From Actinomycetota bacterium (GTDB lineage: Bacteria; Actinomycetota; Acidimicrobiia; Spongiisociales; UBA5794), in assembly GCA_030125685.1 (NCBI GenBank), contig JASJYA010000002.1:1-45920 (forward strand): DNA of 45,920 nucleotides, in the 5' to 3' direction. Shown here piece by piece: positions 1-8,229 of the stretch; the stretch's first letter is position 1, and each line of letters opens with the position of its first letter. Made by a program: the position numbers and the translations under genes. Under the pieces are notes generated by a model that was not told the DNA's origin, ran no database searches, and worked only from the letters and a program-made list of their open reading frames with translations.

Positions 1-35
1 CCCCCCAGGCCACTGAACCGCCCACTCCCATGGGA

Positions 36-81
36 TTCTTGCGTCAACCATGCCGGAATACCGGCATGGTTGACGCAAGAA
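36..81. terminator. Perfect 21-bp stem / 4-nt loop hairpin just beyond the stop of the minus-strand thioredoxin-like gene. Probably an intrinsic, possibly bidirectional, terminator.
   Basis: Read directly: 36-56 (ttcttgcgtcaaccatgccgg) is the exact reverse complement of 61-81, with loop aata. A weak T-rich run (cggtttggtt) follows on the + strand. There is no clear U-tract on the minus-strand side. Confidence 0.5.
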
Positions 82-89
82 CGGTTTGG

Positions 90-596
90 TTACGCGTCGA
101 CGCGGGTGGCGCCGTTTGATTCGAGGAGTCGAGTGAGCTGGTCCTTCTTGACGAGTCCTGACGCCCTCCACCGAAGCGTTACCCGTCGCTGATTCGACTG
201 TGTGGCGGCTTGGCGATTCTTCGCCTGGTTCCCCTTTTTAGACTTCTTCGCCTTCTTGGGCGGCGCGGTGGTGAGTAGTACCATCGTCGGTGTGGACCGG
301 ATCTGGAATTGCTGGGCAATTCCGGGCAGCCGGCCGATGTCCGCCTTGACGACGTGAGCCGAGTCGCCGTACTCGCGGGCAAGCTCGTTGAAGATGCCGT
401 CCATCACCTGGCAGGGGGCACACCCGACCTGGTAGAAGTCGATAAGCACCGGTTTGCCGGTCATAGCGAGTTCTTCGATCTCGCTGATGTGCTCGAGCTT
501 CCGAGCCTTCGGTCTCTTCCTGAACATATCTATCCCGTGGTTCGAGTGCGGTAGTGCAACGAAGGTAGGACGATAGTTATGCCCGAACGTTTCCAC
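90..596 (-). CDS. Thioredoxin-fold protein with a CAPC redox motif and a Lys/Arg-rich insertion
   Basis: 168-aa ORF. LIDFYQVGCAPCQVMDG...IRSTPTMVLL matches the thioredoxin family (the WCGPC position reads GCAPC). A basic insert, PPKKAKKSKKGNQAKNRQ, precedes the last strand/helix. GTG start at 596; an alternative ATG lies at 527. Confidence 0.8.
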   Translation of the reverse strand: METFGHNYRPTFVALPHSNHGIDMFRKRPKARKLEHISEIEELAMTGKPVLIDFYQVGCAPCQVMDGIFNELAREYGDSAHVVKADIGRLPGIAQQFQIRSTPTMVLLTTAPPKKAKKSKKGNQAKNRQAATQSNQRRVTLRWRASGLVKKDQLTRLLESNGATRVDA

Positions 597-617
597 CTTT
601 CACGGTCGCGACTGCAG

Positions 618-645
618 CACCTGTAGCCTGTCACCTGTCACCTGA
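618..645. repeat. Four tandem heptamers (CACCTGT AGCCTGT CACCTGT CACCTGA) in the 63-bp divergent intergenic region
   Basis: Read directly from the sequence. The array lies between the thioredoxin-like start (596, minus) and the TPP-enzyme start (660, plus). Confidence 0.6.
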
Positions 646-659
646 GTTCGGAGAACGAC

Positions 660-2303
660 ATGGCCAAGATCAGCGGAGGTCGGGTGCTTGCGCGTGCGCT
701 GAAGGCGCAGGGCGTTGACACCGTGTTCACCCTCACCGGCGGTCACATCATGGCGATCATGGATGGCTGTGTCGCCGAAGGGATGCGAGTCGTCGATGTT
801 CGGCATGAGCAGGCCGCCGCGCATGCCGCGGATGCGTACGCACGGCTCACGGGCAAGCTCGGCGTCGCTCTCGTGACGGCAGGACCGGGAGTAACCGACG
901 CCCTGACTGGCGTGGCAAACGCATTCTTCGCGAACACCCCGATGCTCCTCATCGGGGGCCGTCATCTCACGACAGAGGAACTCAAGGGGGGACTCCAGGA
1001 GATGGACCACCCGCAGCTCTTCCACTCCATCACTCGGTGGTCAGACACCATGTGGAACGCGGGAAGGTACCCTGAGTACATCGCCATGGCGGCGAGGCAC
1101 GCCTATACGAACCGAGGTGGGCCTGTGTTCCTCGATACGCCGTGGGACGTGTCTGGAGCGCTCGTCGAGGAAGACGCGATTACGTGGCCGAAAGACTTCC
1201 GTGCGAACCGACCCGCAGGCGTCCCCGAAGAGACCCTCGACGAGATTGTTGAACTGCTCAACGGGGCGCTGAAACCCGTCATCTTCGGAGGAACGGGCCT
1301 TCGCTGGACCCAGCAAGAGAGCTTCATCGAGTCGCTTGACGAGTTCGTTATCGGGTACAAGGCGCCGACCTATCTCAACAGCCTCGCCAGGGGATCTCTG
1401 CCGTTCGGGCATCCTTACCTAGGCAACCGCGCGCGCGGGGCTGCACTGCGTGATGCGGACGTCATACTCGCGCTCGGCGTCGACTGGGACTTTCGCACAG
1501 GCTTCGGGAAGAAGCTGAACCCCGACGCCACGGTGATCCAGATCGATGCGGACCCGTCGAAGATCGGATGGAATCGCGACGCGAACATAGGCGTCGTCGC
1601 GGATCCCGGCACCGTGGTCGCACAGCTCGCCGGTCGACTCAGCAAGATCGGTCGCACAGCAGAACCAGAGTGGACCACCGAGATCAAGGGCGCTGAACGC
1701 GAGAAGCAGGATGCGGCGTACGAAGTCTCGCTCTCGGACGCGAACCCGATTCACCCTGAGCGATTCGCGCGTGAGGTAGCAGACTTTTTCGGTGAGGATG
1801 CGATCGTCGCGGCCGACGGGGGCGATATCGTCTCCACCACCGCCAAGTGGCTTCAAACGTCGCGACCCGGTGGCCTTCTCGACCCCGGGCCGTTCGGCTG
1901 TCTCGGTGTCGGCGCCCCATTCGCACTCGCCGCGAAAACAGTGGAGCCGGATACCCGCGTCGGCATCGTGTACGGCGACGGCTCCTTCGGGTTCAACGGC
2001 ATGGAGTATGACACGTTGATCCGTCACGGACTCCCCGTTGTCGGAGTGATTGGAAACGACGGCGCCTGGAACAACATCAAGACGATCCACCGCATGGCTC
2101 ACCCCGATAGCGCATTCCTGTCAGAGATCGGATTCCGGCCGTACGAGAAGATGGTCGAAGGTCTCGGCGGGTACGGCGAACTTGTGGAGAAGCCATCGGA
2201 GATTCGCCCTGCGCTCGAGCGAGCGGAAGATGCAGGAGTTCCAGCTCTTGTAAACGTGAAGATCGGGGAGCAGCTCCGAATGTCGTCGGCATACGGGATG
2301 TAG
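660..2303 (+). CDS. Thiamine-diphosphate-dependent enzyme (acetolactate synthase large subunit / 2-hydroxyacyl-CoA lyase / oxalyl-CoA decarboxylase superfamily)
   Basis: 547 aa. The N-terminal TPP_enzyme_N pattern is GVDTVFTLTGGHI...RHEQAAAHAADAYARLTGKLGVALVTAGPGVTDA. The C-terminal TPP-binding motif is YGDGSFGFNGMEYDT...GNDGAWN. SD GGAGAA lies upstream of the ATG at 660. Confidence 0.85.
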   Translation: MAKISGGRVLARALKAQGVDTVFTLTGGHIMAIMDGCVAEGMRVVDVRHEQAAAHAADAYARLTGKLGVALVTAGPGVTDALTGVANAFFANTPMLLIGGRHLTTEELKGGLQEMDHPQLFHSITRWSDTMWNAGRYPEYIAMAARHAYTNRGGPVFLDTPWDVSGALVEEDAITWPKDFRANRPAGVPEETLDEIVELLNGALKPVIFGGTGLRWTQQESFIESLDEFVIGYKAPTYLNSLARGSLPFGHPYLGNRARGAALRDADVILALGVDWDFRTGFGKKLNPDATVIQIDADPSKIGWNRDANIGVVADPGTVVAQLAGRLSKIGRTAEPEWTTEIKGAEREKQDAAYEVSLSDANPIHPERFAREVADFFGEDAIVAADGGDIVSTTAKWLQTSRPGGLLDPGPFGCLGVGAPFALAAKTVEPDTRVGIVYGDGSFGFNGMEYDTLIRHGLPVVGVIGNDGAWNNIKTIHRMAHPDSAFLSEIGFRPYEKMVEGLGGYGELVEKPSEIRPALERAEDAGVPALVNVKIGEQLRMSSAYGM

Positions 2304-2305
2304 CG

Positions 2306-3402
2306 ATGTACTGGGCGACGGTGATTGTCACCGAGACGAACGACACGGTGGCTTGGGGCACTCTGATTCTGGGCCTGGTCGGGGGTCTTGCACTCTTCCT
2401 CCTCGGCATGGACAGGATGACCGAGGCGTTGAGGCTCATCGTCGGCAACAAGGCCCGTCGGATTCTCGAACGCCTCACCGTGAACCGATTTGTCGGATTG
2501 GCCACCGGCGCCGGGATCACAGCCGTCGTGCAGTCCTCGTCCGTCACGACGGTATTGATTGTCGGGTTCATCTCCGCAGGGCTCATGACGTTCCTCCAGT
2601 CGATACCCGTGATCATCGGATCGAACATCGGGACGACCGTCACTGCTCAGATCATCGCGTTTAACATCGCGGGCTAGGCCTTGGCTCTGATCGCGGGAGG
2701 ATTCGCCATATCCTCCCTCGCCAAACGCGAACGGCGCCGGTCTCAGGGCGTGGCAATCACAGGGCTCGGACTTGTTTTTTTCGGCATGCGTGATCATCTG
2801 GTTGCCGTTCATCGACAACCTCGGTGTCTGGGTGTCCTCGGTGGGGGGCGGCACGCCGCGAGAGCTAGCCAATGCCCACACGATGTTCAATGTGGTGAAT
2901 GCTCTCCTCTTCCTGCCGTTCATCAGGCAGTTTGCCGCGCTTGTGACCTGGGTCACACCCGATCGGCCCCAGGTCGGTGTGATCGAGCCGAAGTACATCG
3001 ACCTCGGGCTGTTGCGAACGCCGGGAATTGCGCTTGCTAAGGCGCGCATGGAGATGCTGAGGACGTCGTACCGGGTTCGCTCCATGCTCGAGGATGTTCT
3101 TCCCGCGATGCTCGACGGTGATCGAGACGCCCTGGCTGACGTGAGGGAGAGGGACGAGGAGGTCGATGCCCTCCACGGGCTGATTCTTGAGTATCTCGGC
3201 AGATCTCGCAGATGCAGCTCTCAGAGGAAGCGAGCGCGCCGTGACGAGTCGTCAGACGGACAGATTTGTTGTAGATGAGCCAAACCGCGTCGCGACATGC
3301 CGATTCGAGACCGATGTGATCACGAACCTCAAGCGCGTGCACTACTTCACCCGCAGGATCGCCAGGGCAGCCGTTCCAGCGCATGAGCAAGCTGGGATGT
3401 GA
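2306..3402 (+). pseudogene. Decayed Na+/phosphate cotransporter (NptA-type with PhoU-like C-terminus) gene
   Basis: The first Na_Pi_cotrans repeat is intact (GMDRMTEAL...AVVQSSSVTTVLIVGF). An in-frame TAG falls at 2675-2677, and the same frame continues (ALIAGGFAISS...GLGLVFFG). The frame shifts at a T7 run (2774-2780) into ...IIWLPFI...ANAHTMFNVVNALLFLPFI. At least one more shift near 3190-3250 is needed to reach the C-terminal TDVITNLKRVHYFTRRIA. The total is only about 365 codons, and the second SSS-repeat appears to be deleted. Confidence 0.6.
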
Positions 3403-3422
3403 GCTGCATCTAAGCTCCCCGG

Positions 3423-4181
3423 ATGCTCGACGCGATCATCTGGGGTCTCATCCAAGGTCTGACCGAGTTTCTACCCGTTTCGTCGAGTGGCCATCTCGTT
3501 CTGATCCCCGCGCTCTTTGACCGGCCTGGCCCAGACCTGGCAACGAACGCGATGCTCCACCTTGGCACCCTCGGCGCCGTGCTCGCCTATTACCGCTCAG
3601 ACATCGCTCGCATGGCGAAGTTCGATCGGCAGGCTCGCAAGCTCATCACCCTCATCGTGATCGGCACGATCCCAGCCGTAGCCCTCGGGCTCTTGTTTGA
3701 AGACCGCGTCGAGGAGCTGATTTCGGATCCGAAGAAGGTCGCTTTCATGCTCATCGCCACGGGTGTCGTCCTACTGGCGGCGACGCAGCTCCGCATCGGA
3801 GACAGACAGACGGAGGACATTGGTCCCTTTGACGCCCTCGTTGTCGGCCTCTCCCAAGCGTTCGCCCTGATCCCCGGCATTTCCAGGTCGGGCATGACGA
3901 TCTCTTCAGGCCTCGCTCGCGGGATGGAGCGCGTTGAGTCCGCTCGGTTCGCGTTCCTGCTCGGGATTCCTGTCATTGCAGGCGCCGGTCTCCTGAAGAT
4001 CGCAGAGGTCCTGGCCGCGGGAGACGCGATCCCTGCAAGTGTGTGGGTGGGAGTGGCCGTTGCGGGTCTGTCCGGGTATGCCGCGATCGCCATCCTTCTG
4101 AGGCTGCTCACGAGGGTCGGCCTCGCGCCGTTCGGTTTCTACTGTGTCACGTTTGGCACGATCGCGGCGTTCATGCTGTGA
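3423..4181 (+). CDS. uppP: Undecaprenyl-diphosphate phosphatase
   Basis: 252 aa. The N-terminal GLTEFLPVSSSGHLVL and later PGISRSGMTI signatures of UppP/BacA are present, and the protein is multi-TM. Confidence 0.92.
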   Translation: MLDAIIWGLIQGLTEFLPVSSSGHLVLIPALFDRPGPDLATNAMLHLGTLGAVLAYYRSDIARMAKFDRQARKLITLIVIGTIPAVALGLLFEDRVEELISDPKKVAFMLIATGVVLLAATQLRIGDRQTEDIGPFDALVVGLSQAFALIPGISRSGMTISSGLARGMERVESARFAFLLGIPVIAGAGLLKIAEVLAAGDAIPASVWVGVAVAGLSGYAAIAILLRLLTRVGLAPFGFYCVTFGTIAAFML

Positions 4182-4195
4182 TCGGAGCTAGGCGA

Positions 4196-4711
4196 TCATG
4201 GCTCGAGGAGCACCACAAGGTCGCCATTCGCGGATGCCAGGGCAACCGAGTCTGCAACTGACTCGGGGACAGCGACGAGGCCGTGTGTCACGAGTCCGAG
4301 AGAATCTTCGGTCGCCGGCTGGATGATCACCCCGGGGGTGGCAGTACCGTCGGCGAAGACGAGGCGGACAGTCATGCCGATGCCTGCGCCGAGGGGGAGT
4401 ACCACGGGAACCGCCCATGTGTCATCCGGAAGCGGTGGGGACGTCGATATCAGCGATACGACGAGCGGGTCGCCTGCAAGAATGGCGGTCGCCGCCGACG
4501 TTCCGTCGAGAAGGGGCATCACAAGAGTTCCAGCAGGGATCTGGCGCCACTCGATGTCCTCCATTGTGATCGGCTGGCCCCGTGCCAGGTCGACAGCAGC
4601 GAAGGGGAACGGCGCCGTCGCACGTTGCGACGCATCCCAGGTGAACGCGGCCACTACCACCGAAGCGGCGGCGAACCATCGGAGGTAGGGAGGTCGTCCG
4701 AGCCAGAGCAC
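4196..4711 (-). CDS. SAF-domain protein with an N-terminal membrane anchor
   Basis: 171 aa. A hydrophobic N-terminus (WFAAASVVVAAF) is followed by a SAF-like segment (AAVDLARGQPITMEDIEWRQIPAG). GTG start at 4711. Confidence 0.55.
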   Translation of the reverse strand: MLWLGRPPYLRWFAAASVVVAAFTWDASQRATAPFPFAAVDLARGQPITMEDIEWRQIPAGTLVMPLLDGTSAATAILAGDPLVVSLISTSPPLPDDTWAVPVVLPLGAGIGMTVRLVFADGTATPGVIIQPATEDSLGLVTHGLVAVPESVADSVALASANGDLVVLLEP

Positions 4712-4759
4712 ACTGCGAATGTACCGCGAATCAAGAAGGGGTGGAAGACCCTTGAAAGT

Positions 4760-4825
4760 CAGATACCAGATACCAGATACCAGATTTCCGGCTACTGGTA
4801 TCTGGGGTCTGGCATCTGGATTCTG
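4760..4825. repeat. Convergent heptamer array in the SAF/plsY divergent promoter region: 4 forward CAGATAC-type units, a 3-nt spacer, then 5 reverse units
   Basis: Read directly. Forward units are CAGATAC x3 plus CAGATTT (4760-4787), followed by ccg. The reverse units GCTACTG GTATCTG GGGTCTG GCATCTG GATTCTG (4791-4825) are the reverse complement of CAGnnnC units. The arms are partly complementary (about 21/28). Confidence 0.7.
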
Positions 4826-4846
4826 TGAAGTTCCTACACTGGGGGT

Positions 4847-5437
4847 GTGTCCTCAGAAATCGTAATTCCTCTATCAATCCTCGTGGCCTACCTCCTCGGG
4901 AGCGTGAGCTTCGGCATCCTCGTCGCAAAGTCACAAGGCGTCGACATCCGGTCTGAGGGCTCTGGAAACCCGGGTGTGTCGAACGTATTGCGGGTGCTTG
5001 GATACCGTTCTGGGGCGGCGGTTCTCGTTGGAGACGGAGTCAAAGGCGCCGCCGCTGCCTGGATCGGGGCTGCGCTGTGGAGCCCGGAATTCGGCTACGT
5101 GACTCTGCTCGCTGCGGTGGTCGGTCACGCATTCCCGATCTGGCATGGACTCAAGGGCGGTAAGAGTGTGGCGACGGCGATCGGGGGGTTCATGTATCTC
5201 GCTCCCGCCGTAGGTCTTGCTCTCGGCGTGCTGTGGCTCGGGATCGTTGTCGTGTGGAAGAGAGCGTCGGTCGCATCACTCGTTGTGATGACCCTTGTTG
5301 TTCCCGCGCTGTGGTTCATTGATCGAACGAACGCGGAACTCGCATGGGCGGTAGCGATCGCCGTGTTCGTGCTCGTGCGGCACGCAAGCAACATCAAGCG
5401 ACTTCTATCCTCCAGCGAGCAGTTGGTGACTCGGTGA
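4847..5437 (+). CDS. plsY: Glycerol-3-phosphate acyltransferase (acyl-phosphate dependent)
   Basis: 196 aa. The PlsY hallmarks LLGSVSFGILVAK...GSGNPGVSNVLRVLG...HAFPIW..LKGGKSVAT are present. GTG start at 4847, with TACACT 7 nt upstream, so the gene is possibly leaderless. Confidence 0.9.
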   Translation: MSSEIVIPLSILVAYLLGSVSFGILVAKSQGVDIRSEGSGNPGVSNVLRVLGYRSGAAVLVGDGVKGAAAAWIGAALWSPEFGYVTLLAAVVGHAFPIWHGLKGGKSVATAIGGFMYLAPAVGLALGVLWLGIVVVWKRASVASLVVMTLVVPALWFIDRTNAELAWAVAIAVFVLVRHASNIKRLLSSSEQLVTR

Positions 5438-6660
5438 AACCCCTCGATGAGGCTCGCGCCGAGGTGCTCGCCTCGTTGCCGTCCCTCAGCACGGAAACGG
5501 TGCCTGCTGTCCAGAGTCTCGGCAGGGTGACTGCTGAACCGGCGGTCACACTTGAGTCGATTCCTCCCTTTGACAACTCGGCGATGGACGGGTACGCCGT
5601 TATCTCACTAGACACCACCGATGCCCCTGTGGAGCTCACTGTGATCGAGGATGTTGCGGCCGGATCGGTCCCCACTAAGCGAGTCGAGCACGGCGCCGCG
5701 ACTCGCATCATGACAGGCGCCCCTATGCCCGAGGGTGCGGACGCCGTAGTAAAGGTCGAGGACACCGAGTCTCCTGATCGTGACAGGGTGACTGTGAGGT
5801 GTTCGGTTGATGCTGGGAGGAATGTGCGACCCGCAGGCGGCGACATGTCCCCCGGGGATGTCATTGTGGAATCCGGCACGCGGCTTACGGCGCGACACGT
5901 CGCGAGCCTTGCGAGCGCAGGCGTCAATCCGATGGTTTCGATACTCCCGACCGTGGCGATCATGTCGACGGGGGATGAGATCGTCGATCCGGCCACCGAA
6001 CGACTCGAGCCCGGCGCCATCAGGGATTCGAACAGGGCGCTGCTGCGCGCCATGCTCGCCGAACTCGATGTCCCTGTCCTCGATCTGGGAATCATCGGTG
6101 ACGATCCTGTGCAGCTCAGGGCCGCGTACGAGAAGGCTGCGGCTGAAGCGGACCTCATAATCTCGACCGGTGGCGTGTCGATGGGCGACTACGACTACGT
6201 CAAGCAGATCCTCGGTGAACTTGGCAGCGTTGAATTCTGGCGGGTCGCCATGCAGCCCGCCAAACCGTTCGCGTTCGGGACTGTCAACGGCGTGCCGCTG
6301 TTCGGCCTGCCGGGCAACCCTGTCTCGACGTTCGTCTCTTTCGAGCAGTTCGTCCGCCCCGCCCTGCTGCACATGATGGGAGCAACTCGCATATTGCGAA
6401 CACGACTTATCGGAATAATGGGAGAGGATGTCGACACAAGCGAAGCCAAGACAGTCTTCCTCCGGGTCCTTCTCGCCCAGGACGCCAACGGTCCATTCGT
6501 CGCCGTCCGGTCCGGCGGGCAAGGATCGAACGTGCTCTCAGGGCTAGCAAACGCCGAGGCGTTCGCCGTGGTACCGGTCGGCGTCGGCTCGCTCTCCGCG
6601 GGTGATGATGTCACACTGGAGATGTTCAACTGGCCGGAAGGGCGAAGAATCGATGAGTGA
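5434..6660 (+). CDS. moeA: Molybdopterin molybdenumtransferase (MoeA / gephyrin E-domain-like)
   Basis: PPFDNSAMDGYAV, TGAPMPEGADAVV and ISTGGVSMGDYDYV motifs are present. The GTG at 5434 overlaps the plsY TGA (GTGA). The longer ORF from 5344 lies inside plsY. Confidence 0.9.
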   Translation: MKPLDEARAEVLASLPSLSTETVPAVQSLGRVTAEPAVTLESIPPFDNSAMDGYAVISLDTTDAPVELTVIEDVAAGSVPTKRVEHGAATRIMTGAPMPEGADAVVKVEDTESPDRDRVTVRCSVDAGRNVRPAGGDMSPGDVIVESGTRLTARHVASLASAGVNPMVSILPTVAIMSTGDEIVDPATERLEPGAIRDSNRALLRAMLAELDVPVLDLGIIGDDPVQLRAAYEKAAAEADLIISTGGVSMGDYDYVKQILGELGSVEFWRVAMQPAKPFAFGTVNGVPLFGLPGNPVSTFVSFEQFVRPALLHMMGATRILRTRLIGIMGEDVDTSEAKTVFLRVLLAQDANGPFVAVRSGGQGSNVLSGLANAEAFAVVPVGVGSLSAGDDVTLEMFNWPEGRRIDE

Positions 6661-7123
6661 GCTCAACCATCTCGACGAGACCGGCGCCGTGCGCATGGTC
6701 GATGTTGGAGGAAAACCAGCGACACAGCGCGTCGCGGTTGCGGAGGCGTTCGTCGCGATGGCGCCTGACACGACCGAGCGGCTATTCGCCGAAGATCTCG
6801 AGAAGGGGGATGCGCTCGCGACGATTCGGATTGCTGCGATCCAGGCGGCGAAAAGGACACCAGATCTGATCCCGCTGTGTCATCCGCTGCCGATCGACCG
6901 CATTGACGTAGCCGTTGAACGCACAGATTCCGGCGCAAGGATCGAGGTGCTCGTAGGGGTCGAGGCTCGTACGGGCGTCGAGATGGAGGCCATGACCGGC
7001 GCCGCGCTCGGGGCGCTCGCGTTGTACGACATGGTCAAGGGCATCGATAAGGGCGTTTCGATCGAAGCGGTCCGGCTCCTGTCCAAGACCGGCGGAAAGT
7101 CGGGGGAGTGGAAGCGTGCCTGA
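6653..7123 (+). CDS. moaC: Cyclic pyranopterin monophosphate synthase
   Basis: 156 aa with the typical MoaC pattern MVDVGGKP.T.R.A.A...LIPLCHPL...VEARTGVEMEALT. The ATG at 6653 overlaps the end of moeA. Confidence 0.9.
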   Translation: MSELNHLDETGAVRMVDVGGKPATQRVAVAEAFVAMAPDTTERLFAEDLEKGDALATIRIAAIQAAKRTPDLIPLCHPLPIDRIDVAVERTDSGARIEVLVGVEARTGVEMEAMTGAALGALALYDMVKGIDKGVSIEAVRLLSKTGGKSGEWKRA

Positions 7124-7601
7124 CTGGACTGCGGCTGTGGTCACGGTGTCAGACTCAGCCGCGGCGGGCGAATCCACCGATACATCCGGCGCCGTTGCTG
7201 TCGGAGCCCTCGAGAACGTCGGGTTCGACGTCGTTGAGTCTGTGATCGTCCCGGACGGCGTCAATTCTGTCGCAGAGGCGCTCATCCGTCTCTCTCAGTC
7301 TGTGTCGCTCATCGTCACGACAGGCGGTACAGGCCTCAGCCCACGAGATCTCACGCCGGAGGCGACCAGGTCTGTGATCGATAGGGAGATTCCGGGGATC
7401 TCTGAAGCGATGCGGGCAGACACGTTCCGAAAGATCCCATTCGGCATGTTGTCGAGAGGGGTGAGCGGTCTGAGAGGCGGTTGTGTCATCGTCAATCTTC
7501 CGGGATCGCCCAAGGCTGTGACCGAAGGATTAGCTGTTATCGTCGACGTGCTCATCCATGCAGTCGATGTCGCGAGCGGGGAATTCGGCCGACATGGATG
7601 A
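7116..7601 (+). CDS. MogA/MoaB-family molybdenum cofactor biosynthesis protein
   Basis: 161 aa with VVTVSDS...LIVTTGGTGLSPRDLTPEAT...NLPGSPKA. The GTG start overlaps the moaC stop by 8 nt. Confidence 0.85.
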   Translation: MPDWTAAVVTVSDSAAAGESTDTSGAVAVGALENVGFDVVESVIVPDGVNSVAEALIRLSQSVSLIVTTGGTGLSPRDLTPEATRSVIDREIPGISEAMRADTFRKIPFGMLSRGVSGLRGGCVIVNLPGSPKAVTEGLAVIVDVLIHAVDVASGEFGRHG

Positions 7602-7706
7602 AAACGACGTACCCTTTACCACGGGTCGCGAGTTGCCTCCGGGCCGCGACTGATGCAAGAATGTACACAGCACCCCTGAAAACCCTGCAAAATACCCCTG
7701 AAGTTC

Positions 7707-7728
7707 GCCGATCGTGTCTACGATCGGC
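7707..7728. other. Perfect 8-bp inverted repeat (gccgatcg-tgtcta-cgatcggc) in the 157-bp gap upstream of the membrane-protein/translin pair
   Basis: Read directly. It is preceded by a duplicated CCCCTGAA (7673-7680 and 7695-7702) in a locally AT-richer stretch. Function is unknown; it could be an operator or a small hairpin. Confidence 0.3.
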
Positions 7729-7758
7729 TGGCTGGCGGAGTAAGAGAGAGCCGAACCG

Positions 7759-8229
7759 ATGTTCTATGTCGTAGCCATCCTGATCGCAGGTTTGTGGGCT
7801 GCGTTTCTGCTCCCATCGTTCTTCGACCACCGCAGTCGTGCCCCGAAGACGACAACCCGCGACTTCGCCCGCACCAAGCGGATCCTCGGCCAGGTCTCTG
7901 CCGCCCAGCCTGATGGTGAGGATTATGTCCGTCACCACGCTCAGATGAAGCGCCAGCGCATTCTGACCGGACTCGCTGCAACCGCACTGCTGACGCTCGT
8001 GGCAGCGACGTTTACCGGCTCGGTGGCGTGGCTGTGGTTCACGATCATCGTCGATGTCGCCCTCGCAACCTATGTAACGCTGCTGCTGTACATGAAGCAG
8101 CAGTCACTCGTACCAAGGGCGATGGTTGTGCCGATCTCGTCGGCCCAGCCCGCCGCGGTGGCCACCGGGGCCGAGCAACTGGACGCCTACGAGGAGATTC
8201 AGACTGTTCGCGTCATCGCCGCCGGATAG
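7759..8229 (+). CDS. Hypothetical membrane protein (3 predicted TM segments)
   Basis: 156 aa with hydrophobic segments VVAILIAGLWAAFLL, LAATALLTLVAATF and WLWFTIIVDVALATYVTLLLY. No family was recognised. Its stop directly abuts the next ATG. Confidence 0.6.
   Translation: MFYVVAILIAGLWAAFLLPSFFDHRSRAPKTTTRDFARTKRILGQVSAAQPDGEDYVRHHAQMKRQRILTGLAATALLTLVAATFTGSVAWLWFTIIVDVALATYVTLLLYMKQQSLVPRAMVVPISSAQPAAVATGAEQLDAYEEIQTVRVIAAG

Noticed and set aside
2099-3085. Long antisense ORFs opposite confident genes. Examples are 2099-3085 (-), 16435-17352 (-), 20916-22262 (+), 27662-29089 (+), 39465-40457 (-) and 43692-44942 (-).
   Set aside because: These are typical high-GC shadow ORFs. Their translations are Arg/Pro/Gly/Ser-rich with no recognisable motifs, and each lies fully inside a gene with strong family signatures on the other strand.
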